A DNA stretch of 56,682 bases from a virus. Lineage: Duplodnaviria; Caudoviricetes. Below are positions 35,203 to 46,291 of the stretch, piece after piece; the stretch's first letter is position 1, and each line of letters opens with the position of its first letter. Location of the stretch: positions 1 through 56,682 of IMG/VR virus record IMGVR_UViG_3300032086_002223. One strand, given 5' to 3'. The notes beneath the pieces were generated by a model. It saw nothing but the letters and a program-made list of their open reading frames with translations, ran no database searches and was not told where the DNA came from. The position numbers and the translations under genes are program-made.

Positions 35203-37929
35203 TTATACCACATACCACAAATGTCCATTGTTTGTACCTGAAACACTTGAGGGAGCTGTTGAAACTACTTCATAATCTGATTCGACAAAGTCTGAATCTA
35301 TCTTAACACCTTTCCTTGTATTTATAGAGAGAACACCACTACTATGTGTAAGACCATTACCTGCTACTGAAGACTTAAGTCTTATCTCACCACCATCACC
35401 AGCTGCATGGAACTCTAATCCACCACTTACATTTAAGTCTGCAGAAATTTTACCTGTTGATGAATTGTAGTCAATACCTGGCCCACCTGACAAAGCTCCT
35501 CTTGCATTTGTATCACTATATTGTGCAGCTGCAGAGAAAGAAAGTGTATTTGCAGTATCATCGTAAGTTACAGTGATATTACTGTGAGTTCCACTAGTAA
35601 TCATTCCAGCTGCAGCGTCTTGAGCTCTTTCAGTTGTAAAGTACTGTGTACCACTTGTACCAGTTGCAGAGGGGTCTTCTGTCAAGTTACTTGTATTAGC
35701 TGCTGCTATTCTAGCATCTGCTCTTGCATTTGTAAAGTAAAGGTTTGTCCCTTCTGATAAATTTGTTGTTGAGAAACCACTCAATGATACAGATGCATTT
35801 AACTTATCATTATCATCATCGTGAGTAAATGAGATACCACTATGTGTCCCACCAGTAATTAGTGTTGCAGTCGTATCTCTAATATATTCGGGGTCGACTG
35901 CAAATTCTAATGTACCTTCATTGTTGTTATCATCATTATATGTTGTAGATATACCTGTATGTGAACCATTTGAATTTACTATTAAATTTGCAACAGCATC
36001 TCTTGCTCTTTCAGGAGTGAAGTATAAGTTTGTTGAACCTTCTGCAAAACTGTCGGTGTTTTCTCCAAGCGTATGAGGTGCAAAACGATTATTAACCCCA
36101 TCCCATGTGAGTGCTTGTCCAGCTGCAATACCTGAGATAGTTACATCTGACAAATCACCAATACTTGCAGCTCCTATTCTTGCATCAGCTCTTGCATTTG
36201 TAAAATATAAGTTAGACCCCTCAGTAATATCACCTGAGTCTCCACTCATCTCACTGAGTTCGTCTTGTAAATCTAATTGTCCATCAACATATGTTTTGAC
36301 TGCTAACTGTGAAGGAATTAAAGTGTCTGATGCACTTGCAAAAGTATTGTCTGTATCAATAGCTGCTTGTACTCTTGCATCTGCTCTTGCATTTGTATAA
36401 TATAAGTTTGCAGGGTTTTCATCGATGTGAGAAGTATTTAATTCTATGTTTGCACTTCCATCAAAAGATACACCTGATATATTTCTTGCAGTTTCTAATA
36501 CTGTTGCACTTGCAGCGTTACCACTTGTGTCTTGATTACCTGTTTGGTTAACGCCAGGCAAATTGATATTTGCACTTCCGTTGAAGGATACACCACCTAT
36601 TGTTCTTGCAGTCTCTAAAGTTGTTGCTGTACTTGCATTACCAACTAGATTACCTGTTGTAGTATCAATATATGCGTTTGCAAATCTAACACCATTTGAA
36701 CCTAAGTCTCTTGCACTATCTCCATCGGGAATAATATCACTATCAAGGACACCAGTAAATGTAACTGTGTCTGCACTTGTATTACCTAAGTTTACGTTAC
36801 CATCAAGATTGGTTTGTCCATCTACTGTTAGAGTTGAATTAAAATCTACGTTTCCATGTACTTCTAGTGTAGTTGAAATGTCAACACTTCCATCTTGGTT
36901 CAACGTACCTACGTTGTGTATACCATCGGTTGTTGTAGAACCATCAACATCTAGATTACCCTTAATGTAAGTGTTACCTGTTGCAGATGCAACTGTAAAC
37001 TTATCAGTATTGACATCAAAGTCACCACCAATGTGTCCTGTTCCTGATGCATCTAAATTACCGTTTAGGTCTAGATTACCATCTATTGTTGTTCCGTCTA
37101 ATGTAGTTGCACCATCTACGTTTAGGGTTCCATCGATGTCTGCATTACCGTTTGCATTGATGTTACCAGCAGATGTAATAGATACACCTGTTGAACCGAA
37201 TCCACCACCGACATCTAGATTACCTACGTTGAAATCACCACTGAAGTCTCCTGTGACACCCCCTGTGATGTTTCCTGAACTAATTGATAGTGTGTTGTCT
37301 GTAAGTGTAGGTGCAGATAGTGTATGACCTGTATCGAGGTCTACATCACCATTGATGAATGTTTTACCTTCTATCTGAACTACGTAACCTGATTGTAATG
37401 TTGTGACAATTGAAGCAATGTCACCGTTAATAATAACACCACTATCGTTGTTATTATAAATTGTGTTCTCTAGTGTTTCAGTCCAAAATGTTTGTACTGC
37501 AGTTTGTCCTGCTACATCAAGGAATGAACCTGTAAATGCAACCACTCTGATAACATCACCAGCTGTTGCACCTGATGTAAGTGTAACCCTAGTGTGATTA
37601 CCGTTTGCATTTACATTTGATATTGTGAAATCTGTTGAGAGTTGTTGTAAGTCACCGTTTTTAAATACGAGGAATCTGTGGTCTCTAAACTCTAATATGT
37701 TTTGGTCGGGTGAACTGTCTGCACCATCGAATACTGTTTGACCACTAGTTGCAGTATAAATGAATCCTTGAAAAAAGAATTCTCTATCTCTCAAATCATT
37801 TACTGCATCAACAAGAGTAGTTTTATCCTGAGTACGTAAGCCACCAATATCCCCAACATCTGATGCTAGTTCGTTATATGACTGTCTCCACTCTTCTAGT
37901 GTAGTATGTTGACTAACTGTTTTGGCCAT
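35203..37929 (-). CDS. Long fibre protein (908 aa)
   Basis: N-terminal T.EEWR...NEL coiled anchor, G.L.VDG repeats, L.TAR.I.GVSF.GSANI twice, several NLYFT.ARA repeats; ends AP..G.LW. Confidence 0.85.
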   Translation of the reverse strand: MAKTVSQHTTLEEWRQSYNELASDVGDIGGLRTQDKTTLVDAVNDLRDREFFFQGFIYTATSGQTVFDGADSSPDQNILEFRDHRFLVFKNGDLQQLSTDFTISNVNANGNHTRVTLTSGATAGDVIRVVAFTGSFLDVAGQTAVQTFWTETLENTIYNNNDSGVIINGDIASIVTTLQSGYVVQIEGKTFINGDVDLDTGHTLSAPTLTDNTLSISSGNITGGVTGDFSGDFNVGNLDVGGGFGSTGVSITSAGNINANGNADIDGTLNVDGATTLDGTTIDGNLDLNGNLDASGTGHIGGDFDVNTDKFTVASATGNTYIKGNLDVDGSTTTDGIHNVGTLNQDGSVDISTTLEVHGNVDFNSTLTVDGQTNLDGNVNLGNTSADTVTFTGVLDSDIIPDGDSARDLGSNGVRFANAYIDTTTGNLVGNASTATTLETARTIGGVSFNGSANINLPGVNQTGNQDTSGNAASATVLETARNISGVSFDGSANIELNTSHIDENPANLYYTNARADARVQAAIDTDNTFASASDTLIPSQLAVKTYVDGQLDLQDELSEMSGDSGDITEGSNLYFTNARADARIGAASIGDLSDVTISGIAAGQALTWDGVNNRFAPHTLGENTDSFAEGSTNLYFTPERARDAVANLIVNSNGSHTGISTTYNDDNNNEGTLEFAVDPEYIRDTTATLITGGTHSGISFTHDDDNDKLNASVSLSGFSTTNLSEGTNLYFTNARADARIAAANTSNLTEDPSATGTSGTQYFTTERAQDAAAGMITSGTHSNITVTYDDTANTLSFSAAAQYSDTNARGALSGGPGIDYNSSTGKISADLNVSGGLEFHAAGDGGEIRLKSSVAGNGLTHSSGVLSINTRKGVKIDSDFVESDYEVVSTAPSSVSGTNNGHLWYVV

Positions 37930-38125
37930 TTGTTAAATTCCTCAGAATATTCTTTATTTCTTTCATCTCTTCTCTTAGAGTATTTATTTCATTTATTTGT
38001 TTTTGAAACACTGTTTTTCTCTTCTTATAGATTGCAAGTGTCTCACTATCATTGTTGATGATAGCACCTGATTCCTCATCTCTATAGAGATGTTGTTCTC
38101 CTTGTACTCTTGCCAATTCTTTCAT
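37913..38125 (-). CDS. Small coiled-coil hypothetical protein
   Basis: 70 aa; V.G...L.RD..SGAIIN then coiled coil; overlaps both neighbours. Confidence 0.8.
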   Translation of the reverse strand: MKELARVQGEQHLYRDEESGAIINNDSETLAIYKKRKTVFQKQINEINTLREEMKEIKNILRNLTNGQNS

Positions 38126-41100
38126 TATGTTGCTAACGCTATTGCTCTAAGGTTAGATACTAATGGAACTACAGAAGTATTATGTGATTGTCCTACAATC
38201 TTAATTGCAAAAGAAGAAAACTCGGGTAAGTCTTCTACACTATATTCATATTCTTTAAAGTTCTTACCGTCTTTTTCTACAGTTGTATTTGGTGAACCAT
38301 TAGTGTTAAAGAAGTTATAACCTACATCATCAAAAGGTGTAGATTCATCATTCAATAGAATCTTGTACATAACTTTTATGTCTGTACTTAATGGACTAAA
38401 TCCATCTAAGATAACCCTAATAGAAGATGCTGGTTGTTTCAAGTTAACTCTCTTAGTTACATATGTCATTGCATTCAATTCACCCTCTGCATTTTGCGTT
38501 GGGATGATTGTTTGTGCATTAAGTGAATCCAAACCATTAATTCTGTTTGCATTACAAATAACACCCATTGAAGATATATCAACTACTGGTGATACGTTTT
38601 CATTCAAAGTAATAAATGATATTTGTGTTTTAAATGACCTTGCACCTGACAATGATGCCTGACTTGTTTCATTTATTCTTGATGCAACAATACTTGGTGC
38701 GTCTAAGAATACATTATCATTCAATGTAACATACTGAGAAGAATTTCTCATTGTGTAAGGTGTTCCCTTCACAAAACCTTCGGGTGATTTCATTGAACAC
38801 AATTGTAAGTTACAAGTTAATCTTGTATCTCTCAATGTTAATGATGGAATCATTGTATGAATTGAATCAAAGTAATAGTTTCTTGTAGCTACAACTGCTG
38901 TTCCACCACCGATAGATGACTCTACAGTTGCTGTTGCTGTGTCAAAATCAGTTGTAGTCCAATCGATTGGAAGTTCATAACTATCAAGTTTTGGACTTGC
39001 AATTGCACTATGTGTTTTGTTTAATAATGATACAGGTACACCACCAAGTGTATCATCAACTGCATCAATATTAACTTGAATACTGTTAGTTGAACTACCT
39101 AAGTTTGTAATTGTTAATGTATCTGAAATAGAATAATTACTACCACAGTTCTGTATCTTAATATCTGATATTGCACCACTAGATACTGTGACAAAAAGTG
39201 TTACACCTGTACCACTTCCACTCGATGTAGTTTGAACGTCTTGATATGCACCATCTGCTGGTAGTGAACCTGATAATAGTGTTGCACTTCCTTCCCCGAT
39301 GTTTGTTACACCGTTTTCTCTATCACCCTGTATACCTGAAATGGTTACATTTGATGATACATCATACATTCCGTGTGTATAATGATACACTTTTACAGTA
39401 CTTTGACCTTGTGTTGTTTGAATCGGATTAACTTGTAATGTATCTGTTGCTAAATCACCGTTCTCAAATATAATGTTTGAAGTTTTTGATGTATCAAACT
39501 TTGCAGTTTTCATATGGAACTTAAGGTCTTGTGTTTGTTCTGCAGTCCATGTTGATGCATTTTGTGATTTAAACAATGAACCTGCGTACGGTTGTCCTGA
39601 TATCAATTGACCAGTTTTAATGTCTGCTTCACCCATTGTTGAAATGAATGTTTCATATTTGTTAGAGTTTGATAATACTACAAAACAGTATTCCTGTCCT
39701 TCTTCAACATACACTGGTGAGTTGAATGTAAATGTTGTTGCAGTTGAACCATCCTCAGAAATGTTTATCTCTGAAGGATTCTTAGTTACTTCTGAATATG
39801 GAAGAACTATCTGGCCAGGGTAACCATTTACCATGTTTCTAATTTCAACTGTTACAGGTAAACTTTCATCTTTAGTATTGAAGAATAAATCGATTGATGT
39901 TATAAACATACCACCACGACTCTCTACTAAGAAAGATTCTGCTAATGGGTCTTGCCATCCTCTAAACTCCCACACATCGGGTATCGCTCTTATTTCATTT
40001 GGAATGATTGGTTCATTTGGGTCAGGCGTCACTATAGGTGGTGGTGGAGGTAATGGGTCTGTATTGTCGGGTGGTAGTGGTGGGTCTACTGGTGGTACCA
40101 CTGGTGGTTCTGGCAATGGAGGTGCTGTCAAATCGACTGCAGTTCTGTTAAAGAACTCACCTGACCTTTCAATACTTCTACCTGATGTTAGATTTTCTCT
40201 AATAACTCTACCGTTCTTTGTAGATATAATTTCTGTTTGTGATGATTGCAATAATCCCTGTGCCTGATATACATTACTTGCATATGAAGGTGGGTTAGAA
40301 AGATTACTTTCACTTGCAGTTATCTTAACTTCTCTTTGTCCTGTTGGGAATCTTTGTGCATCGTTGTTTGGTATATCGAAATATGCACGAAGTCTTCCGT
40401 TTCTGTTTGATTTAACTGTGGTTCCTTTTGCAGTTGCACCACCGTCTCCGAATGCTGAACTGAAAGGTGTAATGTGTGCATTGACATTAATACCATCAAA
40501 GAACACATAGTGTTTTCTATTTGGTTGTAAGTTTTGTGCATCAAGTTCTATTCTTCTAGAACGGATGAAAGGAACAATACTTATACTTACAATTCTGTCT
40601 CTTCTGTCTTCTACGAAATCTTCAACTACTGTAGTCTTAACACCATTTCTAGTTTGTGTCTCGGGTGTTTCTGTAATAACTCTTGTAACCTCTTCGCCAG
40701 GCACCCATTCACCACCTTGTGCTGGGTCTCCTGACCATGCACCTGGCCTTGATGAAACAACTTCTTCATTAACTGCATTAGGTTCACCTACCCAAGTTGT
40801 TTGCCATGCATTCCATACAGTTCCTAGAGAGTTTGCATTCTCAGCTAATACTGCATCAAAGTTACCTTCTCTATTGATTCTAACTTCGGGTAATCTTTCA
40901 GAGTCATTCCATACATCTGAATTTGGTGATAGTGTAAGATTACCAATGAATGCAAAAACGTTGTATGGGTTAACATTAATTGTTCTAGATGCTTTGTCTT
41001 GGTTTACATATGTCTTTTCAGTAAATGGTAATGTAAGTAAGTTACCAGTCTTTGCATAACTTGAACTACTGTTGGTATTTAAAGCTAAATCAAAGAATGA

Positions 41101-44100
41101 AGTGTAAACCTGAGGTCTTAGTGTACCCAGTTTAGTATCAACTGCAACACCATAATCGGGATGTGAAACATCACCGATACCATGACCTTTAAATGAATCA
41201 ACAACAAATCCTGATTTATATCTATCGAATCCATCTGCATCTTGGATTTGCATATTCTGTGTATCTCTTTCTAATAGAGATAGTGTTGTAAGTCTTTCTA
41301 AGTTTGCAACTCTATTTTGTATCCTACCGATATCCTTCATGGTATATCGTCTATGGTCGATACTCTTAATTTTTATTTTCTTTACATTTGCAGTGAAAGG
41401 TGGAATAAACAATTCAAACATTTCGATTGCATCGTCCATTACCTTTGGTTTAGTTGGTGATAAAGCTGGTACTCCACTGTTTACTTGGAAGTTACCTGCT
41501 TTGTGTAAGAATACTTTATCAATTCTAGGTACATAGAAAGTAATGTCACCTTGAATTGAACTATTTGTTACTGGTACATCTAATGCAGATGCAGTAAACT
41601 CTGTACTCTCATATTTAAATGGAGCTGCAGTAATACCTGTACTATTATTACTGATATCTACAAGACTTGCACTTGTTGGGTCGATGTCTTGTGTTGAGAA
41701 ACTTGATAGACCGATTAACTGGTCTGCAACTGGTCTAAAATCAACTGCATCCGATAATTCAAATTGTCCATCGGGTTCTAATCCACCCAAGTCTACTTTG
41801 TTTGGTACGTACTTTGGAATGTCTTGATATGAAATTTGGTTATCATAAGATGATACATCAAAGAAGTTACCAGCACTATGTGTAAAGTAATCAAACACAA
41901 TTAGTATTGCATTGTTTGGTGCTGGTTCACCTGGCTTTAACTGTATTTTTGCATAGTCATAGAAACCATCTCTCTGACCATCGTCAAAGAAGTATCTGTT
42001 CTTAATGTCTTTACTACCTGCTGATACATTTGATAATGTTCCTGTTGCAGTAGATGTTTCTCCTACTACAGATTCTGATGCACTGAATCTTTTACTTGAC
42101 AAGTAATAGAAGTATGATGTATTATCATCACCTGCGTAGTTAATGATTTTTGCTCTTGCACCTGATGTCTGTCCTTTAATGACTTCTTTATCTACAAAAG
42201 GTATTCCAGCATTTAATTGGTCGATAGTTGCACTAGGTGGTAAAGGATTACTTCCTGCCTCTGCCTCATATATTCCTCTGATTTTAAATACGTCTGCAAG
42301 ACCTAATGATATTTCTTTGTCATCGTATCCAGTTCCATAAAAACCATTATTTGAAGATTTGGTACCGACTTTTAACATCTTACCTTCTCTTAGTGTTTTA
42401 TTTCTTTGTACTGGAGAACCGATGTTTACTGTATATGATATCTTTATAATTGCACCATTGTTTGCAGTGTTGAGATTACCAAATGATAATGTGGTACTAT
42501 CTCCTGACAAACTGGTGAAGAAATCTCTTGGGTCTAATACGTCACCGTTTAGAAGTGTAGGTGAACCTGATGCCTGTTCAATAACTGCCATCTCAACAAA
42601 TGAGTTTACATTCGATGCAGTGATAGCTGGGAATGTATTTCCTGAACCTGACGATATAGTGAATGCTTGACTAGCTACCTCTACTGTTGTCTGTCTTCTT
42701 ACCTGACAACTATCGGGTGTAAATGATTTTACAAAATCTCTACTGAATGCAAAGATATTTGCAGTTTGGTTTTGGTCGTATAGTTTAACTCTTCTTCTTG
42801 ATACATTACCCTGATAACTATCACCAGCACCTATATTACTTGTAAGTGTTAATGATGTTGCAGTTCCAACTGCTGATACAGTGTATTCGTCACCATCAAT
42901 TGGGTTGACAATGATGTCTCCCTCTTTAAGTTCTTCTTGGAATCTTGTTCCAAAACCTACTACTGATGCACTACCAGCTGTAAGTGATACTGTTCCTGAT
43001 AAAACTTTTTCTGCATCAACTATTACATCACCAGTAAACTTTTCTCTACTTGCATTACTAGGTGTTTGTGATACACCTCTTATTCTATCAATGTTGTAAT
43101 TTCTAACAGATGAAATACCATTGGTGTATGTTGTTGAAGTAGTACCTGTACTCTTAATACTGTTACCTACTACGAATGAACCCTGAACATCGTGAACCAA
43201 AATAAAGTCATTTGTATAGTCAACATCTGCAACAATACCGTGAGCTCCTGTTACTTGGTCATCTACTCTATCACCTACATTAATTGGAGTTACGTTTTGT
43301 AAATTAGTGATTCCAATTTTGGTAAACATCTTAATGTCGAACAAATATAATGCATGTCTAGATAATGGGTCTAGTACACCATCAGAGTTTGTATCAACAC
43401 TTTCTAATTCATCAAAGTTTCTTACTCTTGCAAAACCGATTTGACCACTTGATGGTTCAGTGCCTGGCGTAGCAATAGTACTATCATATAATTTGATTAA
43501 CTGGTTTGGTTTTAATGTGTCTTCTCCACCCTCATTACCAAACTCGGGTACTGAGTGAACACTTCCTAATTTAATATAATTACCAAGTCTTGCAGAAGTC
43601 GATGTTCCTGACAATGATGCAACGGTTCTTGCTTTAGGTATTGATATAGGTGTTGTACCTATCTTATCAATTTCATGTCCTCTGACATATGCCTTGCCTG
43701 GCGAAACTTGTAATACGAACTTACCAATATCTCCACCCTGTGAAGTAGTGTAGTATCCTTGATTATCGTTTTGTTGTAAGTGTTCTCTAACAGCTGGTAT
43801 AAACTGTCTAACAGTAAAGTCACCTGATTGGTCGTATGTTCTTCTTGCAAGTGCATTTTCAAAATTACTGTAGTTTGCAGAAGATACTTTTAGTTCTGTT
43901 GTACCATTTACCACTCTGTACAATTCAATGAAGTTAGTGTCATCGGTTGCAGTAACTAACTTTTTGACGAATGTTGTTTGGATTTTAAATCTATCTGCGC
44001 CAGGTGCGTTTTCGTTTGTTGTTCCCTGTGCATTGTCTAATAGTGAACTGTCATCTGCAGAAGATATCAATTGTTCTGAGATATCTAAACCAATTCTATA

Positions 44101-44757
44101 TGATGGTTGTCCTGAATACTTTTCTAAAATTAATTGTGCAGCGTCAACCTTTACAAAGAAACCTCTTAGGTATACTACACCTTCTGTGATACTTGCAATA
44201 GATGAACGACCAACTGGAAGTTTATCAGTTGTCTGAACTTTAAATTGATTGTTATTACTTGCAGAAGTTGGGTTACCATTTTCATCGATACTTACTTCTT
44301 CTAGTTCTTCATCTGCATCAAAGTAAAATGAGTTAGATGAATCTGTTCCACCTGCTAAATATTTTACAATAAGAGTTGTTGGGTCATCAGATGTTTCTGC
44401 AGCTGTTAGATATACTCTTGCAACTGCACCTGAAGTTTTACCCTGAATGTATTTGTCTTTAAATGATGCTAGATATGTGGAAACTGAACTGTCCCCACTA
44501 CTATTTGGATTGACATTATTAACCTTTACATAACCGTAATCATATACTACGTCTGTTTGAGCTCCATCTACAAGAGACCCTTCCTCAAACACATGTCCAG
44601 CAAATCTTTCGACTTGATTCTGTAATATGGATTGAGACTGAGTTAATTCTCTTGCTTGTAATGGTCTCCCAGCACGAAATAGTACTTTATGAAACTTCTT
44701 GTCTTCAGAAAAATCATCGTGATACGGGGTTACATTAAGGTCTGTCTTTTCTGTCAT
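38125..44757 (-). CDS. Very large virion structural protein (DUF4815-like)
   Basis: 2210 aa; LNVTPYHDDF, VLFR.G..LQARELTQ.QSILQNQ, APGADR, LARRT.D.SG.F, RYTMKDIG, R.KSGFVVD.F, DPLA.SF. Confidence 0.88.
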   Translation of the reverse strand: MTEKTDLNVTPYHDDFSEDKKFHKVLFRAGRPLQARELTQSQSILQNQVERFAGHVFEEGSLVDGAQTDVVYDYGYVKVNNVNPNSSGDSSVSTYLASFKDKYIQGKTSGAVARVYLTAAETSDDPTTLIVKYLAGGTDSSNSFYFDADEELEEVSIDENGNPTSASNNNQFKVQTTDKLPVGRSSIASITEGVVYLRGFFVKVDAAQLILEKYSGQPSYRIGLDISEQLISSADDSSLLDNAQGTTNENAPGADRFKIQTTFVKKLVTATDDTNFIELYRVVNGTTELKVSSANYSNFENALARRTYDQSGDFTVRQFIPAVREHLQQNDNQGYYTTSQGGDIGKFVLQVSPGKAYVRGHEIDKIGTTPISIPKARTVASLSGTSTSARLGNYIKLGSVHSVPEFGNEGGEDTLKPNQLIKLYDSTIATPGTEPSSGQIGFARVRNFDELESVDTNSDGVLDPLSRHALYLFDIKMFTKIGITNLQNVTPINVGDRVDDQVTGAHGIVADVDYTNDFILVHDVQGSFVVGNSIKSTGTTSTTYTNGISSVRNYNIDRIRGVSQTPSNASREKFTGDVIVDAEKVLSGTVSLTAGSASVVGFGTRFQEELKEGDIIVNPIDGDEYTVSAVGTATSLTLTSNIGAGDSYQGNVSRRRVKLYDQNQTANIFAFSRDFVKSFTPDSCQVRRQTTVEVASQAFTISSGSGNTFPAITASNVNSFVEMAVIEQASGSPTLLNGDVLDPRDFFTSLSGDSTTLSFGNLNTANNGAIIKISYTVNIGSPVQRNKTLREGKMLKVGTKSSNNGFYGTGYDDKEISLGLADVFKIRGIYEAEAGSNPLPPSATIDQLNAGIPFVDKEVIKGQTSGARAKIINYAGDDNTSYFYYLSSKRFSASESVVGETSTATGTLSNVSAGSKDIKNRYFFDDGQRDGFYDYAKIQLKPGEPAPNNAILIVFDYFTHSAGNFFDVSSYDNQISYQDIPKYVPNKVDLGGLEPDGQFELSDAVDFRPVADQLIGLSSFSTQDIDPTSASLVDISNNSTGITAAPFKYESTEFTASALDVPVTNSSIQGDITFYVPRIDKVFLHKAGNFQVNSGVPALSPTKPKVMDDAIEMFELFIPPFTANVKKIKIKSIDHRRYTMKDIGRIQNRVANLERLTTLSLLERDTQNMQIQDADGFDRYKSGFVVDSFKGHGIGDVSHPDYGVAVDTKLGTLRPQVYTSFFDLALNTNSSSSYAKTGNLLTLPFTEKTYVNQDKASRTINVNPYNVFAFIGNLTLSPNSDVWNDSERLPEVRINREGNFDAVLAENANSLGTVWNAWQTTWVGEPNAVNEEVVSSRPGAWSGDPAQGGEWVPGEEVTRVITETPETQTRNGVKTTVVEDFVEDRRDRIVSISIVPFIRSRRIELDAQNLQPNRKHYVFFDGINVNAHITPFSSAFGDGGATAKGTTVKSNRNGRLRAYFDIPNNDAQRFPTGQREVKITASESNLSNPPSYASNVYQAQGLLQSSQTEIISTKNGRVIRENLTSGRSIERSGEFFNRTAVDLTAPPLPEPPVVPPVDPPLPPDNTDPLPPPPPIVTPDPNEPIIPNEIRAIPDVWEFRGWQDPLAESFLVESRGGMFITSIDLFFNTKDESLPVTVEIRNMVNGYPGQIVLPYSEVTKNPSEINISEDGSTATTFTFNSPVYVEEGQEYCFVVLSNSNKYETFISTMGEADIKTGQLISGQPYAGSLFKSQNASTWTAEQTQDLKFHMKTAKFDTSKTSNIIFENGDLATDTLQVNPIQTTQGQSTVKVYHYTHGMYDVSSNVTISGIQGDRENGVTNIGEGSATLLSGSLPADGAYQDVQTTSSGSGTGVTLFVTVSSGAISDIKIQNCGSNYSISDTLTITNLGSSTNSIQVNIDAVDDTLGGVPVSLLNKTHSAIASPKLDSYELPIDWTTTDFDTATATVESSIGGGTAVVATRNYYFDSIHTMIPSLTLRDTRLTCNLQLCSMKSPEGFVKGTPYTMRNSSQYVTLNDNVFLDAPSIVASRINETSQASLSGARSFKTQISFITLNENVSPVVDISSMGVICNANRINGLDSLNAQTIIPTQNAEGELNAMTYVTKRVNLKQPASSIRVILDGFSPLSTDIKVMYKILLNDESTPFDDVGYNFFNTNGSPNTTVEKDGKNFKEYEYSVEDLPEFSSFAIKIVGQSHNTSVVPLVSNLRAIALAT

Positions 44758-44798
44758 AAATTTTTACCAATATTTTAGTTTAAGTTCTAAGAACTTGA

Positions 44799-46253
44799 TT
44801 ACATCTCAATAATGAGTTTAATATCTTCTATTTGGTCTGCCGCTCTTGAAACTGCACCCCTGTTTTCGATGTATGTAATATTTCCTGAATGTCTTTCAAC
44901 TTCGGGGAAGTTACTATCAACTGCACTTACTGTACCAATTGTACTTGCACCAACAAACACTGTATTAGAACTTGTGAATGCATGATATGTGTTATCACTA
45001 TTTGCAACCTTAAGATAAGATACAATTTTATTTGTAGTGTCGATTGATACTACTCTTCCGTTTGCAACACCAACACCATCTGATGATGCATTTCTAATGA
45101 TGTCATCAATTGCAAGACCTGATACACTTGATAGTGTCATCTTATCATATGCAGCTAGTGTCGCTGCAGATGCAACTGTTGTTGTTCCATCTTCGAATGG
45201 GTCTTTAACTAATCCGATTCTTCTGAAATCGTTATCGGTTGGGAAGTCACCTGAACCTTCTGCAAACTCTAATCTTGAGTTTACAATCACATAGTTACCA
45301 CCTAGTTCTGATACTGGGTCTGCACCATGACCATAAATTGGAGATATGATTGGTGTTAATGAACCACTTGTACCTGAACCGATACCTGAGATATCACTGA
45401 TATTAATTGATGCTCTTCTGTAACCACTTCCTTCGTTTGTTACTGTGACGTATGTGATTGCATTTGAAGCTACAACAACTGTACATGTACCACTTGTTCC
45501 ATCACCTTTGATAGGAACATTTGTGTAAGTACCGTTAGTGTAACCTGAACCACCGTTAGTGACTCTAACGTGTAGAACTTCACCATCGTCTGCATTGTTC
45601 TCAACATCCCATTGAGCAGAACCATCGTCACTGGCAGCGGAACCGAGTCCTGTCTCTCCGTTTACTTCTGTTTGAGCTCCCAATGTTTTCACTGGGATAA
45701 AATCGTTTGTTACAAATTTGATAACGTCTGATGCACTAATAGTGTACATGTATTTCCAAAGGTATCCTCTACCTGAACCAGCACCAGTATCTGATGTTGC
45801 CACTAGGTTATCGGGGTCAACACCTGTTGGTTTTACAGTTGATGCAACTGCAACACCTGAAGTGTTTCTTCCAGTTCTGATACACTTATACACGTTGTAT
45901 TCATCTGTGATAACATAGAATTTTGAATCATACAAACCTGTTGCACCTGAAGGAGCTGTGTTTGTTGATGAGTAATCGTGTGCATATTCGTCATAGATTG
46001 TTCCTGATGTCCAATCTCTTCTTGCAAGACCGTGTGATACGTCTGCAGTATTCACTTTCTTAAGTGAAACCATATCTTCATAAGCTTCAATCTCATCTCC
46101 AATCGCATTGATTGGGGTTTCTACAGTATCATCTGTTCCCCAAAGATAAGGTCGTCCTATAAAGAGGTATGTCGAGGAATTTGCTTCCCCAAAATCTTCT
46201 TTAAATTGTTTAGCATTATTAATCCTAAACTTTTCTGTAATTATAGCTGCCAT
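44799..46253 (-). CDS. gp8: Baseplate wedge protein gp8
   Basis: MAAIITEKFR, R.DW.SG..YD, FYV..DEYNVYKC, GY.WKYMY, GHG.DP..ELG, IENR...R..DQ.EDIK. Confidence 0.9.
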   Translation of the reverse strand: MAAIITEKFRINNAKQFKEDFGEANSSTYLFIGRPYLWGTDDTVETPINAIGDEIEAYEDMVSLKKVNTADVSHGLARRDWTSGTIYDEYAHDYSSTNTAPSGATGLYDSKFYVITDEYNVYKCIRTGRNTSGVAVASTVKPTGVDPDNLVATSDTGAGSGRGYLWKYMYTISASDVIKFVTNDFIPVKTLGAQTEVNGETGLGSAASDDGSAQWDVENNADDGEVLHVRVTNGGSGYTNGTYTNVPIKGDGTSGTCTVVVASNAITYVTVTNEGSGYRRASINISDISGIGSGTSGSLTPIISPIYGHGADPVSELGGNYVIVNSRLEFAEGSGDFPTDNDFRRIGLVKDPFEDGTTTVASAATLAAYDKMTLSSVSGLAIDDIIRNASSDGVGVANGRVVSIDTTNKIVSYLKVANSDNTYHAFTSSNTVFVGASTIGTVSAVDSNFPEVERHSGNITYIENRGAVSRAADQIEDIKLIIEM

Positions 46254-46280
46254 TTTTTATAATCTCCAATTAATATAAAC

Positions 46281-46288
46281 TATTTATA
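46281..46288 (-). promoter_or_regulatory. T4 late promoter (TATAAATA)
   Basis: Exact consensus upstream of gp8. Confidence 0.85.
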
Positions 46289-46291
46289 CAA

